Below are positions 12,490-24,372 of a DNA stretch of 64,000 nt, piece after piece. Both the position numbers and the translations under genes were made by a program. Position 1 is the first letter of the stretch; every line of letters starts with the position of its first letter. Origin of the DNA: Octopus vulgaris (lineage: Eukaryota). Under the pieces are notes generated by a model. That model was given only the letters and a program-made list of their open reading frames with translations, searched no databases and was not told where the DNA came from. The stretch is from the NCBI GenBank assembly GCA_951406725.2, contig OX597817.1:106144001-106208000 (forward strand). The letters are read 5' to 3'.

Positions 12490-15400
12490 AGCTATAAAGC
12501 CAATAGAGCACGTTTGTTCTGAAATAGTTCTTTTACCAGTTTAAGCTTACTGAACAAAGAACATTTTGCTGTGGCTGTTGTTGCAGACATTGTGAGAAAA
12601 AATCTGGAGTGATACACAAAGATTTTGGATGATGTTTTCCAACTTGTTTTTCTTCAATGCTACCAAGGTACATCATAGTTTTCATGTTAATTAATTTATT
12701 TACAAGTTCTTTGCCACTTATATCTGTATTGTAAATTTCTGTAAATGACATACCATTCCTGAGCAAATGATTTTCTGATATTGATTGGTATTTCCAGTGG
12801 AATGAACAAAGTATCAGAAATTTTCTTAGCAGCTTCAAATCTACACTGTTAGACAACCAAAGACAGAATTAACAATAGCATGAAAAGCAAATGTCTGATA
12901 TAATGATTCTGCCTATGTGTCAGGATCCTTTCATCTCTTGACTGGTTACAATCCTGATATTCCTTTTTGCTTTCTTTTATTTGTCTGTAAGTTAATTTCA
13001 CTTTGTAGGCTGTTAGTAACATGCTTTGATTCTATCAGCAAAGAGTCAAATTGATCTTGCAGTTTCTGTAGATTTTTAACAAGCATTTCAATGTTGTCCA
13101 CTTCAATATCAGAAATGACATCTCTCTCCTTTAAGATTATGTTACAGATATTAATGCAAGCAATAATGTGGAACAAGATGGATAACACAAGTATGTGTCT
13201 GAAAGAGAACATGTATTGAACTCTTTTAAGACCATATTTCTGTTTATTCAGATAATTTTCAAAATAAAGAAGAATTTAGTATAACTTTGTTTGGAACATA
13301 AATTAACATGAAATTTTGATGGAATTCTAATTCAGATCACTTTAAAACAGAAAGTTTATATCATAGAATAAGGGACAGTCTCCAGCAGGTTGGTGTTAAA
13401 ATGATTTACAGTTCCTTAGTTTCTGTTACATCACTTCTGGTGTTTGGCATCAGATTAAGTTTCAGAATATCCTATTTGAGAAATCTAACATCATTAAAAT
13501 TTGATGTAAATGACTTCACAGTATTAATTCTGGCTGACCACTAGATAGCTGACATGCAGTGCAGTGATTGGCAGCCTGTGTAAGTCAATAATTTTGATAT
13601 TTATCTTGGATTTTAGGAAAATAGATATTTGGTTCAGTATACCATTCTGATGAATTCCTACTGCACATAATTCAATATAGGCGTGGTTATGTGGTAAGAA
13701 GCTTTCTTCCCAACTACATGGTTCTGGGTTCAGTCCCATTGCATGGCACCTTGGGGCAAGTGTCTTCTACTATAGCGTCAGGTTGACCAAAGCCTTGTGA
13801 GTGGATTTGGTAGACAGAAATGGAAACTGAAAGAAGCCTGTCACATGTGTATATATATATATATAGATATAGATATATCAATGAGCATGTGTCTCTGTGT
13901 CTGCGTTTGCCCCCCACCGCTACTTGACAACCAATGTTGGTGTGTTTACATTGCCACACCTTAGTGGTTAAGCAAAAAGAGACTGATAGAATAAGTACCA
14001 GGCTTAAAATGAAAATGAGTACTGGGATGTATTAGTTTGACTAAAATTCCTCAAGGTGATGCCCCAGCATGACCACAATTTAGTGACAAAACAAATAAAT
14101 GATAAAAGATATGCATCCACACAGTGGAATAGACTTCTTTCTGCTTTTTTTTTTTTTGGTTTTACAGTGTAACCTGTTGCCGCTTTCTCCTAGGATTAAA
14201 GTAAGGATGAATTGTTTTACCTCTGTTCACTAATCCCCATTACAGTGAGTTATGTCTTTTTTCCTCATATGTTTATGTGAATTGTGTGTGTTCTCAACAA
14301 AATTTTTAAAAGATATCACTCAGAATATAAATTCACATATATATTTCCATTGGTAATTTGGATGCTAGGGTATAAAAAGAAAAAATTATAAATATTTCAA
14401 ACAGTGGAATAAATTTTATGTCATGAGGATTAAGAGAAGTTACTGCAAATATATTTATCCAACAATACAAGCAGAAATTTCATCGCTTTCTAACAAAAAA
14501 TTCTGCTGTAAGTGTTAGACTTCTTTACTTCATCACAGCATAACATTTATTCCACTGACTGTTTGAACTCTTTACATTACTGTTTGCCAACGCAAACCAT
14601 CATGGTTTCCTTGGATTCTATTGTTTTATTAAAAAAAAAAATAAGTATTTGTCTCAGCAATCATACTATCATAACTTTGTTATGTTTGTAATATAGGATT
14701 TTCTTGTGTTACTGAAGTATATGTTCCTGAAAACTTGCCATAACATGAAATAAATTTTCCAATTGATTTTCATGTAATAAAGTGATAATACATGCCAATG
14801 GATTTTTTTGGACAACAGCAAACAACACGACCATTTTTATGTATGAAAATATCAAATTCTATACATGCTCTGTACAATAAATATGCATAAAAAAATTTTG
14901 AAGAAAAATACATTAAGGAGTAAATAAGAATTGTAATATTGTAATAAAGTAATTCTTGCCACAAAACATGTTGACTGCTATGTGAGAAATTGTGGTGGAA
15001 TGAGTGTTACTGGGTAGATAAGGGATGCTGTCTTGATCTTGTAGTTCATTATCATCAGCATCTACCCAAGAGGCAAAGAACTTATCCACAACTGTTTGAT
15101 GTTTATGGTGCATTATCTGTTTGTATAACTCAGTGTAGGAGCTGAGCTCAGTGTAATTTTTATATTATGTTTACAATTAGTGTTCTTGCTAGCAAAATCT
15201 TATAACCTTTCCAGTATAAGTGCCACCCCTTTAGTAATATTCTTTGCAGTCAATTTAAGAGGATTCAATTTAAGCTTCTTATTCTCATCTGTATCCTCAG
15301 CTTGTTCTAACAAACCCTTTATCATTTGCAAGTGTCACAAATACCTTTCTGATCATACATTTATCATGTATCTTTCTAAATTCAAAGATGAATGTTTTTG

Positions 15401-16450
15401 GGGTTTAATTTCTTCTAAAAATCTCTAACTGTAAGTTTATCCTCCTTGTCAATTGCTTTCATAGGTTGTTTTAAAGGTCTTCTCAGATAATATGCCTTGA
15501 AGTTAGCTTTCACACCTTGTTCCATTGGATGGAACTAAGAAGTTGTATTATTAGATATATATCCTACTCTTACATTATCAGAAAGCTCCTTTAAATTCAC
15601 TGGGTGACTTATGCATTGTTTAAAAGGAACAATGCTTTGTTGGAAATATTACATCTGACACTTTATATTCTTACAGCAGATCACAAAATATTTGTAAAAC
15701 ACTCTTTGAAAATTCTCTTAGTCATCCATGCTTTATTTGAATGCCAAATCAGAGGTGAATTAAACTTCACATAACAGTTGAAAGACTTTGGGTTTTTGGA
15801 GTGATACATAAGTAGGGGTTTCATTTTCATATCATCAGTGGTATTTCCTCTCAGAAGATGATTTTTGAAAGCTTTAAATCTTGATCTTCATTTTTCTTCC
15901 CAAGAGAATGGCTTTTTTCATTACAAATTTCTCTTTCTCTTTCCAGCAATCTTTCATACAAACTTTTGGCTTATTCATAATTACCATTAATCTTATTAGT
16001 ACAGTCATAAATACAAGAGCTACTCCATTTTGAGCATCATTTTAGATCTATGAAAGAATAAGGTCCAAGTGGTTAAAGAAGTAACTTAATATACTTTCTA
16101 TTGTCATATATTGTTGTCACTGGAGACATTACAAAATTGGTCCCTTATGTTCATCTGCTAGTCCTAATTGAGGAGCATATGCAGAGATAAATGTTGCTAT
16201 CATGTTTTCTAAGATTTGTCTAAGTTTAATTATCCTGTTTCACACTCTGACTACATTAATTACTTTACCTATTTCTCTGCCAAAAGTATATTTACACTCT
16301 CCACAGCATCACTGTTGCTTGCCCAGAAGAATTTATATTTTTTGTTCATTACCCATGAGAAGTCTGGCTGAGGTTCCCCTCTATTTTGCAAGTATGCAAG
16401 CACATACACTTTTCTAGAATCACAGTTAGTGCATAATCAGGGAGAAAAAA
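12490..16450 (-). mobile_element. Highly degenerate hAT-like transposase remnant, interrupted by other repeats
   Basis: Remnant ORFs INICNIILKERDV..LVKNLQKLQDQFDSLLIESK..KRK and a C-terminal SFSKLKLVK-like dimerisation motif near 12530-12570; upstream extent uncertain. Confidence 0.45.
13678..14110 (+). mobile_element. SINE family A
   Basis: Head, body and tail homology. Confidence 0.85.
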
Positions 16451-16869
16451 TAAGTAATGATGTATTGTTTCATGCACGTTTTATTACTAAAATGGTAAGA
16501 ATGTGCTGAGGCTAGCAGGATGAATTCTGAGATCATTTAGAGATGAGAGCCAACTCTACGAATCATGCCAAAAAGAACATTTGCTATTGAGTTGAGAGAA
16601 TGCCTCAAAGAAATCTATATTGGGAGAACTTTATCTTTCTGCTAAAATGAGAGTTACACTTAATACAAATTCACCAACAGGCCAGTTTGCAAAAGTTCTG
16701 CTTTAGGATGGGAGTGGGGTGGGGCAATGGTCAGCTATCAGTTGACATTGAGAGTGGAAAAGTCAAAAATACAATAAAAATATGAAACACAATAAAAATA
16801 TGAAATTGTCAATATGTCTCAAGAAACGCTATTGAAAGGTTATCTCAGCCTCTCACAAAACTATAGAAC

Positions 16870-17400
16870 CATGAGTAGTTTTCTGGACCTACCATCCTAT
16901 CTCCAAAAATTCACTCTGTGAAAACAACTACTGTCAACATCATTCAAAAGGTACCCACCCAAACCAGATAGTACAACTGAGTTAACATTAACTATTCCAC
17001 TAACTATTCAACAGTTTCTCAATTCTCTGCACTCTCCGTACAATCTGCGACTGAAAGTAGCAGCACCCATCACATTGCCATAAACTCTGGCTGCACCAAA
17101 GCAATGTAAATCTGTCAAAAATGCTTATGTCCCATATGATCAATTCTACTATTGTGACAAATTGGACCAAAAGAACAGATATTTTCATTACAAGTGTTCC
17201 CCTCATCTCCTTAGATATGTTATTCCAGTTCATACACTTTCAGTTTCCACTGATATTGCCATTTTCTGTGACCATCAAGAAGTCTAAAAGATAGTTCCTT
17301 AACATTGCTGGCATTAAAAAGTTAAGTCATAGTCAATTCTGTGTTGCTCACATATTGGAACAAGCAGACATCCTCCCATGAGAACTCCAAATCACAGAAC
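16870..17400 (+). mobile_element. Helitron RepHel (PIF1 helicase) C-terminal fossil
   Basis: FLNSLHSPYNLRLKVAAPITL and TDIFITSVPLISLDMLFQFIHFQFPLILPFSVTIKKS..LNIAGI..LSHSQFCVA resemble Helitron FLNSL..PHNLRLKVGAPIML / VFIPRIPL..PFQFKRLQFPVRLAFAMTINKAQG..SHGQLYVA. Confidence 0.75.
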
Positions 17401-17512
17401 AAGAAATGTTGTCTGTCCCAGAATTCTTTCTGAATAGCCCATATTTCTGTTAGAATTGCCTCTGTTTTATGTGTTGCATATCAATTTAGAATTACAAGAC
17501 CTCTTGTCCTTT

Positions 17513-17724
17513 ATCTTTTACTTGTTTCAGTCGTTTGACTGTGACCATGCTTGAGTACCAACTTGAAGAATTTTTACTCTAATGAATCATTTATTTAATT
17601 TTTTTAAGCGTGATATTTATTCTGTCAATATCTTTTACTGAACTGCTAAGTTACAGGAATGTAAACACACCAACACCAGCTGCCAAGCAGTGGTAGAGGA
17701 CAAACATATACATCAGACACACAG

Positions 17725-17759
<35 letters not shown>

Positions 17760-17816
17760 CATACAAGTACACACACTCACACACACAAACATATATTGTA
17801 AAATATACATACACAT

Positions 17817-17851
<35 letters not shown>

Positions 17852-17997
17852 ACGGGCTTTCTTCAGTTTCAAACTACAAAATCCACTCATGAGGTTTTGC
17901 TCAGCCCAAGGCTATAGTAGAAGACACTTGCCCAACGTGCCACACAATGGGACTGAACCTAGAACCACGTGGCTGGTAAGCAAACTTCTTACAACAC
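17513..17997 (-). mobile_element. SINE family A
   Basis: Reverse-complement homology. Confidence 0.85.
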
Positions 17998-18265
17998 TAT
18001 AAAGTATAAAAGTTAATATTTTCTGAAGCCACAAAATATAAAAATATCAATAAATACAGTCTCAAAAGCTTTACATTATAAACACCTGGAAGAATTTGAC
18101 TTAGAAGTGTATCTGATTTACAATAAAAAATATATGCAAATATAATTTAGATACTAAAAGTGTTACATAAAAACTTGTTATAAGTTAAGTAATTTAAATT
18201 TAACTAAATATGTTTCTACATATTTGGCACCCAGGCAACACTGAGTACTTCTACTAGTTTATATA

Positions 18266-18448
18266 CAAGGAGATGCTGAAAAGTTCTTGGCTTTAAGGGT
18301 ATTGTGAAAGGCCTGGTTGGAGACCCAACCTTCTGAGTTCTTTTTACAGAAGGACTGCTGCAATGTGTGAATATGAAAGGGGAATCATGATTAACTGATC
18401 CTCCTGTATTTTCTTTTACCCAAAGCCAGAAACTTTCAGGCACCCCTT
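18266..18448. mobile_element. Mariner-derived MITE
   Basis: TA|CAAGGAGATGCTGAAAAGTTCTTGGCTTT..AAAGCCAGAAACTTTCAGGCACCCCT imperfect TIRs. Confidence 0.65.
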
Positions 18449-18495
18449 ATTTGTGTATGTATGTGTGTATGTGCACACATGCCTGCTTATGTACA

Positions 18496-18532
<37 letters not shown>

Positions 18533-18860
18533 TTGACCACCTTCGGTCATGAATGACCATGGGATTGCACCTAGAAAGTTACCCTCCTAGACACAAGTCC
18601 GGGCAAGGTTGTTTATGGAAGACCAGCAGTCGCCCATGCATACCAGCCTCCCTCTCCACGCTACCAGTGTTATCCAAGGGAAAGACAAAGGTCGATACAG
18701 CTTGGCACCAGTGACGTCGCAACTCATTTCTACAGCTGAGTGAACTGGAGCAACGTGAAATAAAGTGCCTTGCTCAAGAACACAACACGCAGCCCAGTCC
18801 GGGATTCGAGCTCACAACCTCACGATCGTAAGCTCGACGCTCTAACCACTGAGCCATGCG
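18533..18860 (-). mobile_element. SINE family C, young full-length copy
   Basis: RC: CGCATGGCTCAGTGGTTAGAGCGTCGAGC..GAGCTCGAATCCCGG..TTGAGCAAGGCACTTT; CpGs retained. Confidence 0.9.
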
Positions 18861-18869
18861 ATATATATA

Positions 18870-19080
18870 GTTAATCCAAACATGAAAACACAAAGAGAAA
18901 ACACAACAACGCTAGGACGTGGAACAAGTATAGTGTTATTGGACGCTCAAGAAAGGAAAGAAAGAAGGAGGATTTAACATTTCAAGCGGAGCTCTTCATC
19001 AGAAACTTAGGAAAAGGAAAGATCCAAGGAAGGGAAAATGGAGGGAAAAAAATCGCCAACGATACACACGCGATCACATA
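18870..19080 (-). mobile_element. Penelope-like pLTR fragment with minimal hammerhead (18970-19008)
   Basis: RC: GTTT-CTGATGA-A-GAGC-TCC-GCTT-GAAATGTT-AAAT. Confidence 0.65.
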
Positions 19081-19084
19081 TTGA

Positions 19085-19121
<37 letters not shown>

Positions 19122-19670
19122 TACACACATATACATATATACTTGCATTAACATATACACACATATAGATTCTCACAAGCAGACACACACATTTCTCTCT
19201 CTCTCTCTCTCTCATGCACACACATACACTCGCACGCATACACACACATGCACAAACACACACACACACACACACACAAACACACATGGCCCAAGACAGT
19301 GGTTGTGATTCAGGAGTGATTTATCATTATTATGTATATGAAGGGTAATATGAAATGAATCACGAGAAACATAAATATATGTTGATGAATTTTATCTAAT
19401 ATACAGTCTGCCAGACTGTCAGACACACATGCATAAATGTGGTGCATAATATAACCGGACAGAGTGTTAATGTATATGATAGATGAAGTTCTAGTTTTTC
19501 TGAAAAACAAATGAGAAGTAAGGAGCCAGAGATTAAGGTTTTTTGTATACTCAAGTCTCTTACTCAATGAATACTATTGCAATGCAAGAATGAAGAATTG
19601 CTAAATTTACTTGTTTCTTTTATTCTCTTTTTTTTTTTTATTATTTCCTCTTCTTTTGAAATATTGCCAG

Positions 19671-19777
19671 GTTTGAGAAGATTAATAGTGTACGTAGAAT
19701 GTAAACTTTGATAAGCATAAAATGGGTTACACTAGAAGGAAAAATTTATTTCTTAGAGAACTGAGTGTTGAAAATAG
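19671..19777 (+). CDS. Candidate host exon containing a start codon (ATG 19722; MGYTRRKNLFLRELSVEN, phase-2 donor)
   Basis: Long polypyrimidine tract plus CCAG| acceptor, AAAATGG start context, AG|GTAAGT donor, in non-repetitive sequence; no homology recognised. Confidence 0.35.
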
Positions 19778-21887
19778 GTAAGTGGAATGGGCAGTGCAAA
19801 TGTAAATGCTACAGCCAAACAACCTCACATCCACAGAGAATTTAATTTCCAACATGACAAACATATTGGCTTCAAGCTGCGTTATGGATCTTTAATAAGA
19901 TTGTGGGCTACATATATTCCAAATTGAGAATTTTCTATGTATGTGCATAATAGTACGTAGTCGACTGTGTTTAATAATATTGGCGACATATATGTGATTC
20001 TTTACCAATGCATTGCTATATATGTATGTGCATAAATATAGCTAAAACTCTTTTTAGATATTCAGCATGATACTGTCTGCACATTGAATATGCACAAGTA
20101 TTAGATTAGAATCATTAGAATATACACTGCTTTTTGACATGCAGCCTCTTAGATTTAATCTAGTAATAAAACCTTTTAAGATCCTTAAGTTTTAATATAA
20201 AATCTAGAAAGAATGTTGTGCTTTACTTATAACCTTATTATTTTAGTTCCTGATGCTTCATCTAAGTGTTGGTTCCTCAATGGAACTTGTTATAATATCT
20301 AATGTATAATGTGTAAGATCGGACGATAAGTTATTTAATCCTTTTAGAAGTTACCTTTATTACATTTAGTCAGGAAATTGAGGTGTCTATTCTGAAGTAA
20401 AAATATATTAAGTGTTTGAGCTGTTGTGATAACATATTAACCTTAATTAAGTCTTACATAACTCTCTAATGCCTTCTTATGCATGTTTTAAAATTTCATG
20501 ACTAAAAAAATATTGGTTTAAAATTTGAGATATATCTCCAAGTCTGAGTGTTTATTCTCTGGAAACCTCTTGAACCAATGACAGATGTCTGTACATTATT
20601 CATTATTAGTTGACCTACTTGAAATAGCAATCAAATTTCCCTTAAATTTACCCCCTTGCTACAATTAAAAAAGGGAGGGCATAATGGGTATTGTACTCCT
20701 ACATACTCCAAAAAAGATGAGGTTTTCCATGAGTGTAATGCTTTCAGGTACAGGTTTGCTCACTCAAATCTGACTTGGTGTTAAACAGCAACAACTTGAG
20801 ATTCCTTAGAAATTTCTCAGCAACAGAAGCTCTTATACTTGTGAACTCAACTATCAAGAAATAGAACACTATGTCTGGAATATGTGTATGATACAGTATA
20901 AATTATGTAATATCAAACTTCTCTCATAGAGATTCAGCTGTGCCAGACTTATAGCCCTCAGACATACTCTCTGGTGTCTTTATAATTTATTTTGGACACA
21001 TACTTAGTCTGTTATGAGATGGAAACTGTTACGTAGCTTACATAAATGCAAAGGTCAATTTGGTAGACATATGGAAAATATGAGAGGTTACAGTTAAGAA
21101 TTATATAATATTTGAAATTATCAAGAGGGTGGTGTAGAAATTTATTAATTTAGCAAAAAATATTCCCTTGAGTTAGGATGTAAAAAGCTCTTTGAATCAA
21201 TTTTTTTTAGTTTATAAGAATACTATTCCCAAGACATGTTTTTTAATTAATCTTTGACATTTTAACACAACTTATTCATATGGTTTATGTATATAAAATG
21301 CAATCTAATAATAATTATTAATGCATAATATATTAATTACGAAAACATCTTTTTTTATTTGTTTAATTTCAAAGAGGATGCTGAGTTTGTGGCCTTCACA
21401 ATATTCTCTGAAACTGCTGAGATCAGTGCCATTAATGTTCCTCTTTAATGGTTGCAAATAAAAATTAGATAGCAGAAGGTAGATCTTAAAGAAATATTCA
21501 GTGTTTTTTTTTTTTAATGGCTTAATCAAAGGCAGAAGGACAGACATGATGCTTTTCTCTGGATTTTTAATCGTGGCAGAAGAAAAAGAGAAGAAACCAT
21601 GATTCATTGGTTATCGTAGGAAAAAGCAGCACGGCATGATAATGAATTGTCCTTTCACCAAAGACCTGAGTGCTAAAAGCACTCAAATACTATATAATAT
21701 TAAATCAGAGAACAAATTGGATCTACTACTTATTCGGGTATGAGACACTTTGGCATAGCCATTTTGGTGTCACTCATTCAATGCTGAGTTATCTGACATC
21801 AGACATTTTAAATGTTTCTATCATTTTCTCGCTCTTTTCTCTTTCCCTTTCTCTTTCTCTCTCTCCCCTTGTATGTGTATATTTTTT

Positions 21888-22062
21888 CACACACACACAC
21901 ACATGTGTGTGTGTGTGTTTGCTCCAGTGCTAAAATGTGCTGTTGCCTAAATAATTTGAATGTCCAGTTAGCCATTCCCAATCATCACATTCTGCACCTA
22001 CTTATACACAAGAAAGGCTGTTACATAAATGAGGAAGCTGGGGGTTCAGTGGCTCTCATATG
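21888..22062. repeat. Left copy of ~175-bp direct repeat flanking a SINE (right copy ~22748-22941)
   Basis: GCTCCAGTGCTAAAATGTGC..CAGTGGCTCTCATATG occurs on both sides of the SINE; ~5 differences in the 142-bp unique part. Confidence 0.9.
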
Positions 22063-22736
22063 GCACAGGAGTGGCTGTGTGGTAAGTAGCTTGCTTACCA
22101 ACCACATGGTTCCGGGTTCAGTCCCACTGCGTGGCACCTTGGGCAAGTGTCTTTTACTATAGCTTAGGGCCGACCAAAGCCTTGTGAGTGGATTTGGTTG
22201 ACGGAAACTGAAAGAAGCCCATCGTATATATATATATATATGTGTGTGTATGTGTGTGTGTGTGTGTTTGTGTGTCTGTGTTTGTTCCCCCGACATCGCT
22301 TGACAACCGATGCTGGTGTGTTTGTGCCCCTGTAACTTAGCAGTTTGGCAAAATAGACCGATAGTATAAGTTAGCACACTGGACAAAATGAAAGGCGGCG
22401 AGCTGGCAGAAACGTTAGCACACTGGACAAAATGCTTAGAGGTATTTCGCCCGTCGCTACGTACTGAGTTCAAATTCCGCCGAGGTCGACTTTGCCTTTC
22501 ATCCTTTCGGGGTCGATAAATTAAGTACCAGTTACGCACTGGGGTTGATGTATTCGACTTAATCCGTTTGTCTGTCCTTGTTTGACCTCTCTGTGTCTAG
22601 CCCCTTGTGGGTAGTAAAGAAATATATAAGTACTAGGCTTACAAAGAATAAGTCCTGGGGTCGATTTGCTTGACTAAAGGTGGTGCTCCAGCATGGCCGC
22701 AGTCAAATGACTGAAACAAGTAAAAGAGTAAAGAGT
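22062..22736 (+). mobile_element. SINE family A (young) with nested SINE B
   Basis: Head and body 22062-22369; tail resumes at ~22625. Confidence 0.9.
22392..22623 (+). mobile_element. SINE family B (MetaSINE-like), young full-length copy
   Basis: GGCGGCGAGCTGGCAGAA..GAGTTCAAATTCC..GCCTTTCATCCTTTCGGGGTCGATAAATTAAGTACCAG; TATAAG(T) on both flanks. Confidence 0.9.
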
Positions 22737-22771
22737 ATACATGTGCTCACACACACACACACGCATGTGTA

Positions 22772-22802
<31 letters not shown>

Positions 22803-23940
22803 CCAGTGCTAAAATGTGCTGTTGCCTAAATAATTTGAATGTCCAGTTAGCCATTCTCAATCATCACATTCTGCACCTACTTATACACAAGAAAGGCTGT
22901 TACATCAATAAGGAAGCTGGGGTTTCAGTGGCTCTCATATGATATACCACAGTCTACTGGTACACTGTGGAGATGAGGTGAACTGGGAGGAAAGGGTCAA
23001 TGATGTCAATGACTGAGGGAACATACCAGAAGAGGAGGAGTGAGGAAAGTCACATGAGTGGAATTAGGACCAGTGTGGGCCTCCTCATTTCAGGGCTGTC
23101 ATAGGAGATAGACAAATGGGTGTGGATGTACAAGTTAGAGAGCGATAGGTTAGGTGGGTAGGGCACTTTACACCATGAAGGATATTTTAGGTATAATGTG
23201 GGTCTTTAAATTACTATAATTGATTATCCACTTCCTCCAGTTTTTGTAGCCTTATGCCTACATAAGAAATTAATATAATTTGCAATTTAGGAATGGGTTG
23301 GTGACAGAGAAGGCATCCAGTCATAGAATACTGGCTCTAATTTGTCTTGTGTCCAACTAATGCTAGCATGAGAAAAGGGTGGATGTAAAGAAGGGGTGAG
23401 GAGAGGGGAGGAGCAGGAGGATCAGGAGGAGATGATATATATTTTTAAAATTAAAGGTTTTTTTCCTTAGAAAAGATGCATCCTTAAAGTTATTTATACA
23501 CTTTCAATTCACACCAAATTATAAATATTCCCCCACCTCTTATCTACAAGATTACTCTGATAACAACTTACTATATCAAAAAAAAGGGAAGGACACATTG
23601 ACATATTTTATCTGTAAACAATAAGACAGGATGGTCAAGACTGGGATGTCATGTTTTTTTACTGTAATTGATAACGTTTGAACAACAACAACAACAACAA
23701 CAACATTAGCTAGCCTAATATCTTACATTATTGAAATTTATTGCTTTGCTGTGTAGGAATTCATGGTTAAAACCTAAATTTAATCATCATCATCATTTAG
23801 CGTCCGTTTTCCATGCTAGCATGGGTTGGACGGTTTAACTGGGGTCTGTGAAGCCGGAAGGCTTCATCAGGCCCAGTCAGATTTGGCAGTGTTTCTATGG
23901 CTGGATGTCCTTCCTAACACCAACCACTCCATGAGTGTAG

Positions 23941-24300
23941 TGGGTGCTTTTTACGTGCCACCTGCACAGGTGCCAGACAGAGCTGGCAAATGGCCACGAA
24001 CGGATGTTGTTTTTTCGTGTCACTGGCATGGGGGCCAGGCGAGGCTGGCAACGGACACGAGCGGATGGTGCTTTTACGTGCCAGCGGCACGGGGGCCAGG
24101 CGTGGCTGACAATGGACACGAACGGATGGTGCATTTACATGCTACCAACACGGGGTTAGGCGAGGCTGGCAACGGACACGAGCGGATGGTGCTTTTACAT
24201 GCCAACGGCACAGGGGCCAGGCGGGGCTGGCAATGGACACGAGCAGATGGTGCTTTTACGTGCCAACGGCATGGGGGCCAGACGAGGCTGGCAACAGACA
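23941..24300. repeat. ~60-bp GC-rich tandem repeat, ~6 copies, in RTE 3' UTR
   Basis: Unit GCGGATGGTGCTTTTACGTGCCA.CGGCA.GGGGGCCAGGCG.GGCTGGCAACGGACACGA. Confidence 0.9.
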
Positions 24301-24372
24301 AATGATTGGATGGTTTGCTTAACCACAGCTGCAATTTCCACTGATGTTGATTTGGCTTGATTTTGACTGTTC

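Noticed and set aside
18770-18860. tRNA gene
   Set aside because: A/B boxes continue into a SINE body repeated across the window; this is a SINE head, not a tRNA.
22950-23220. Possible Penelope ORF remnant on -
   Set aside because: Purine-skewed with only vague similarity; cannot be supported by eye.
23941-24300. CRISPR-like regular repeat
   Set aside because: Units are contiguous with no unique spacers, lie in a LINE 3' UTR, and there are no cas genes in this eukaryotic context.
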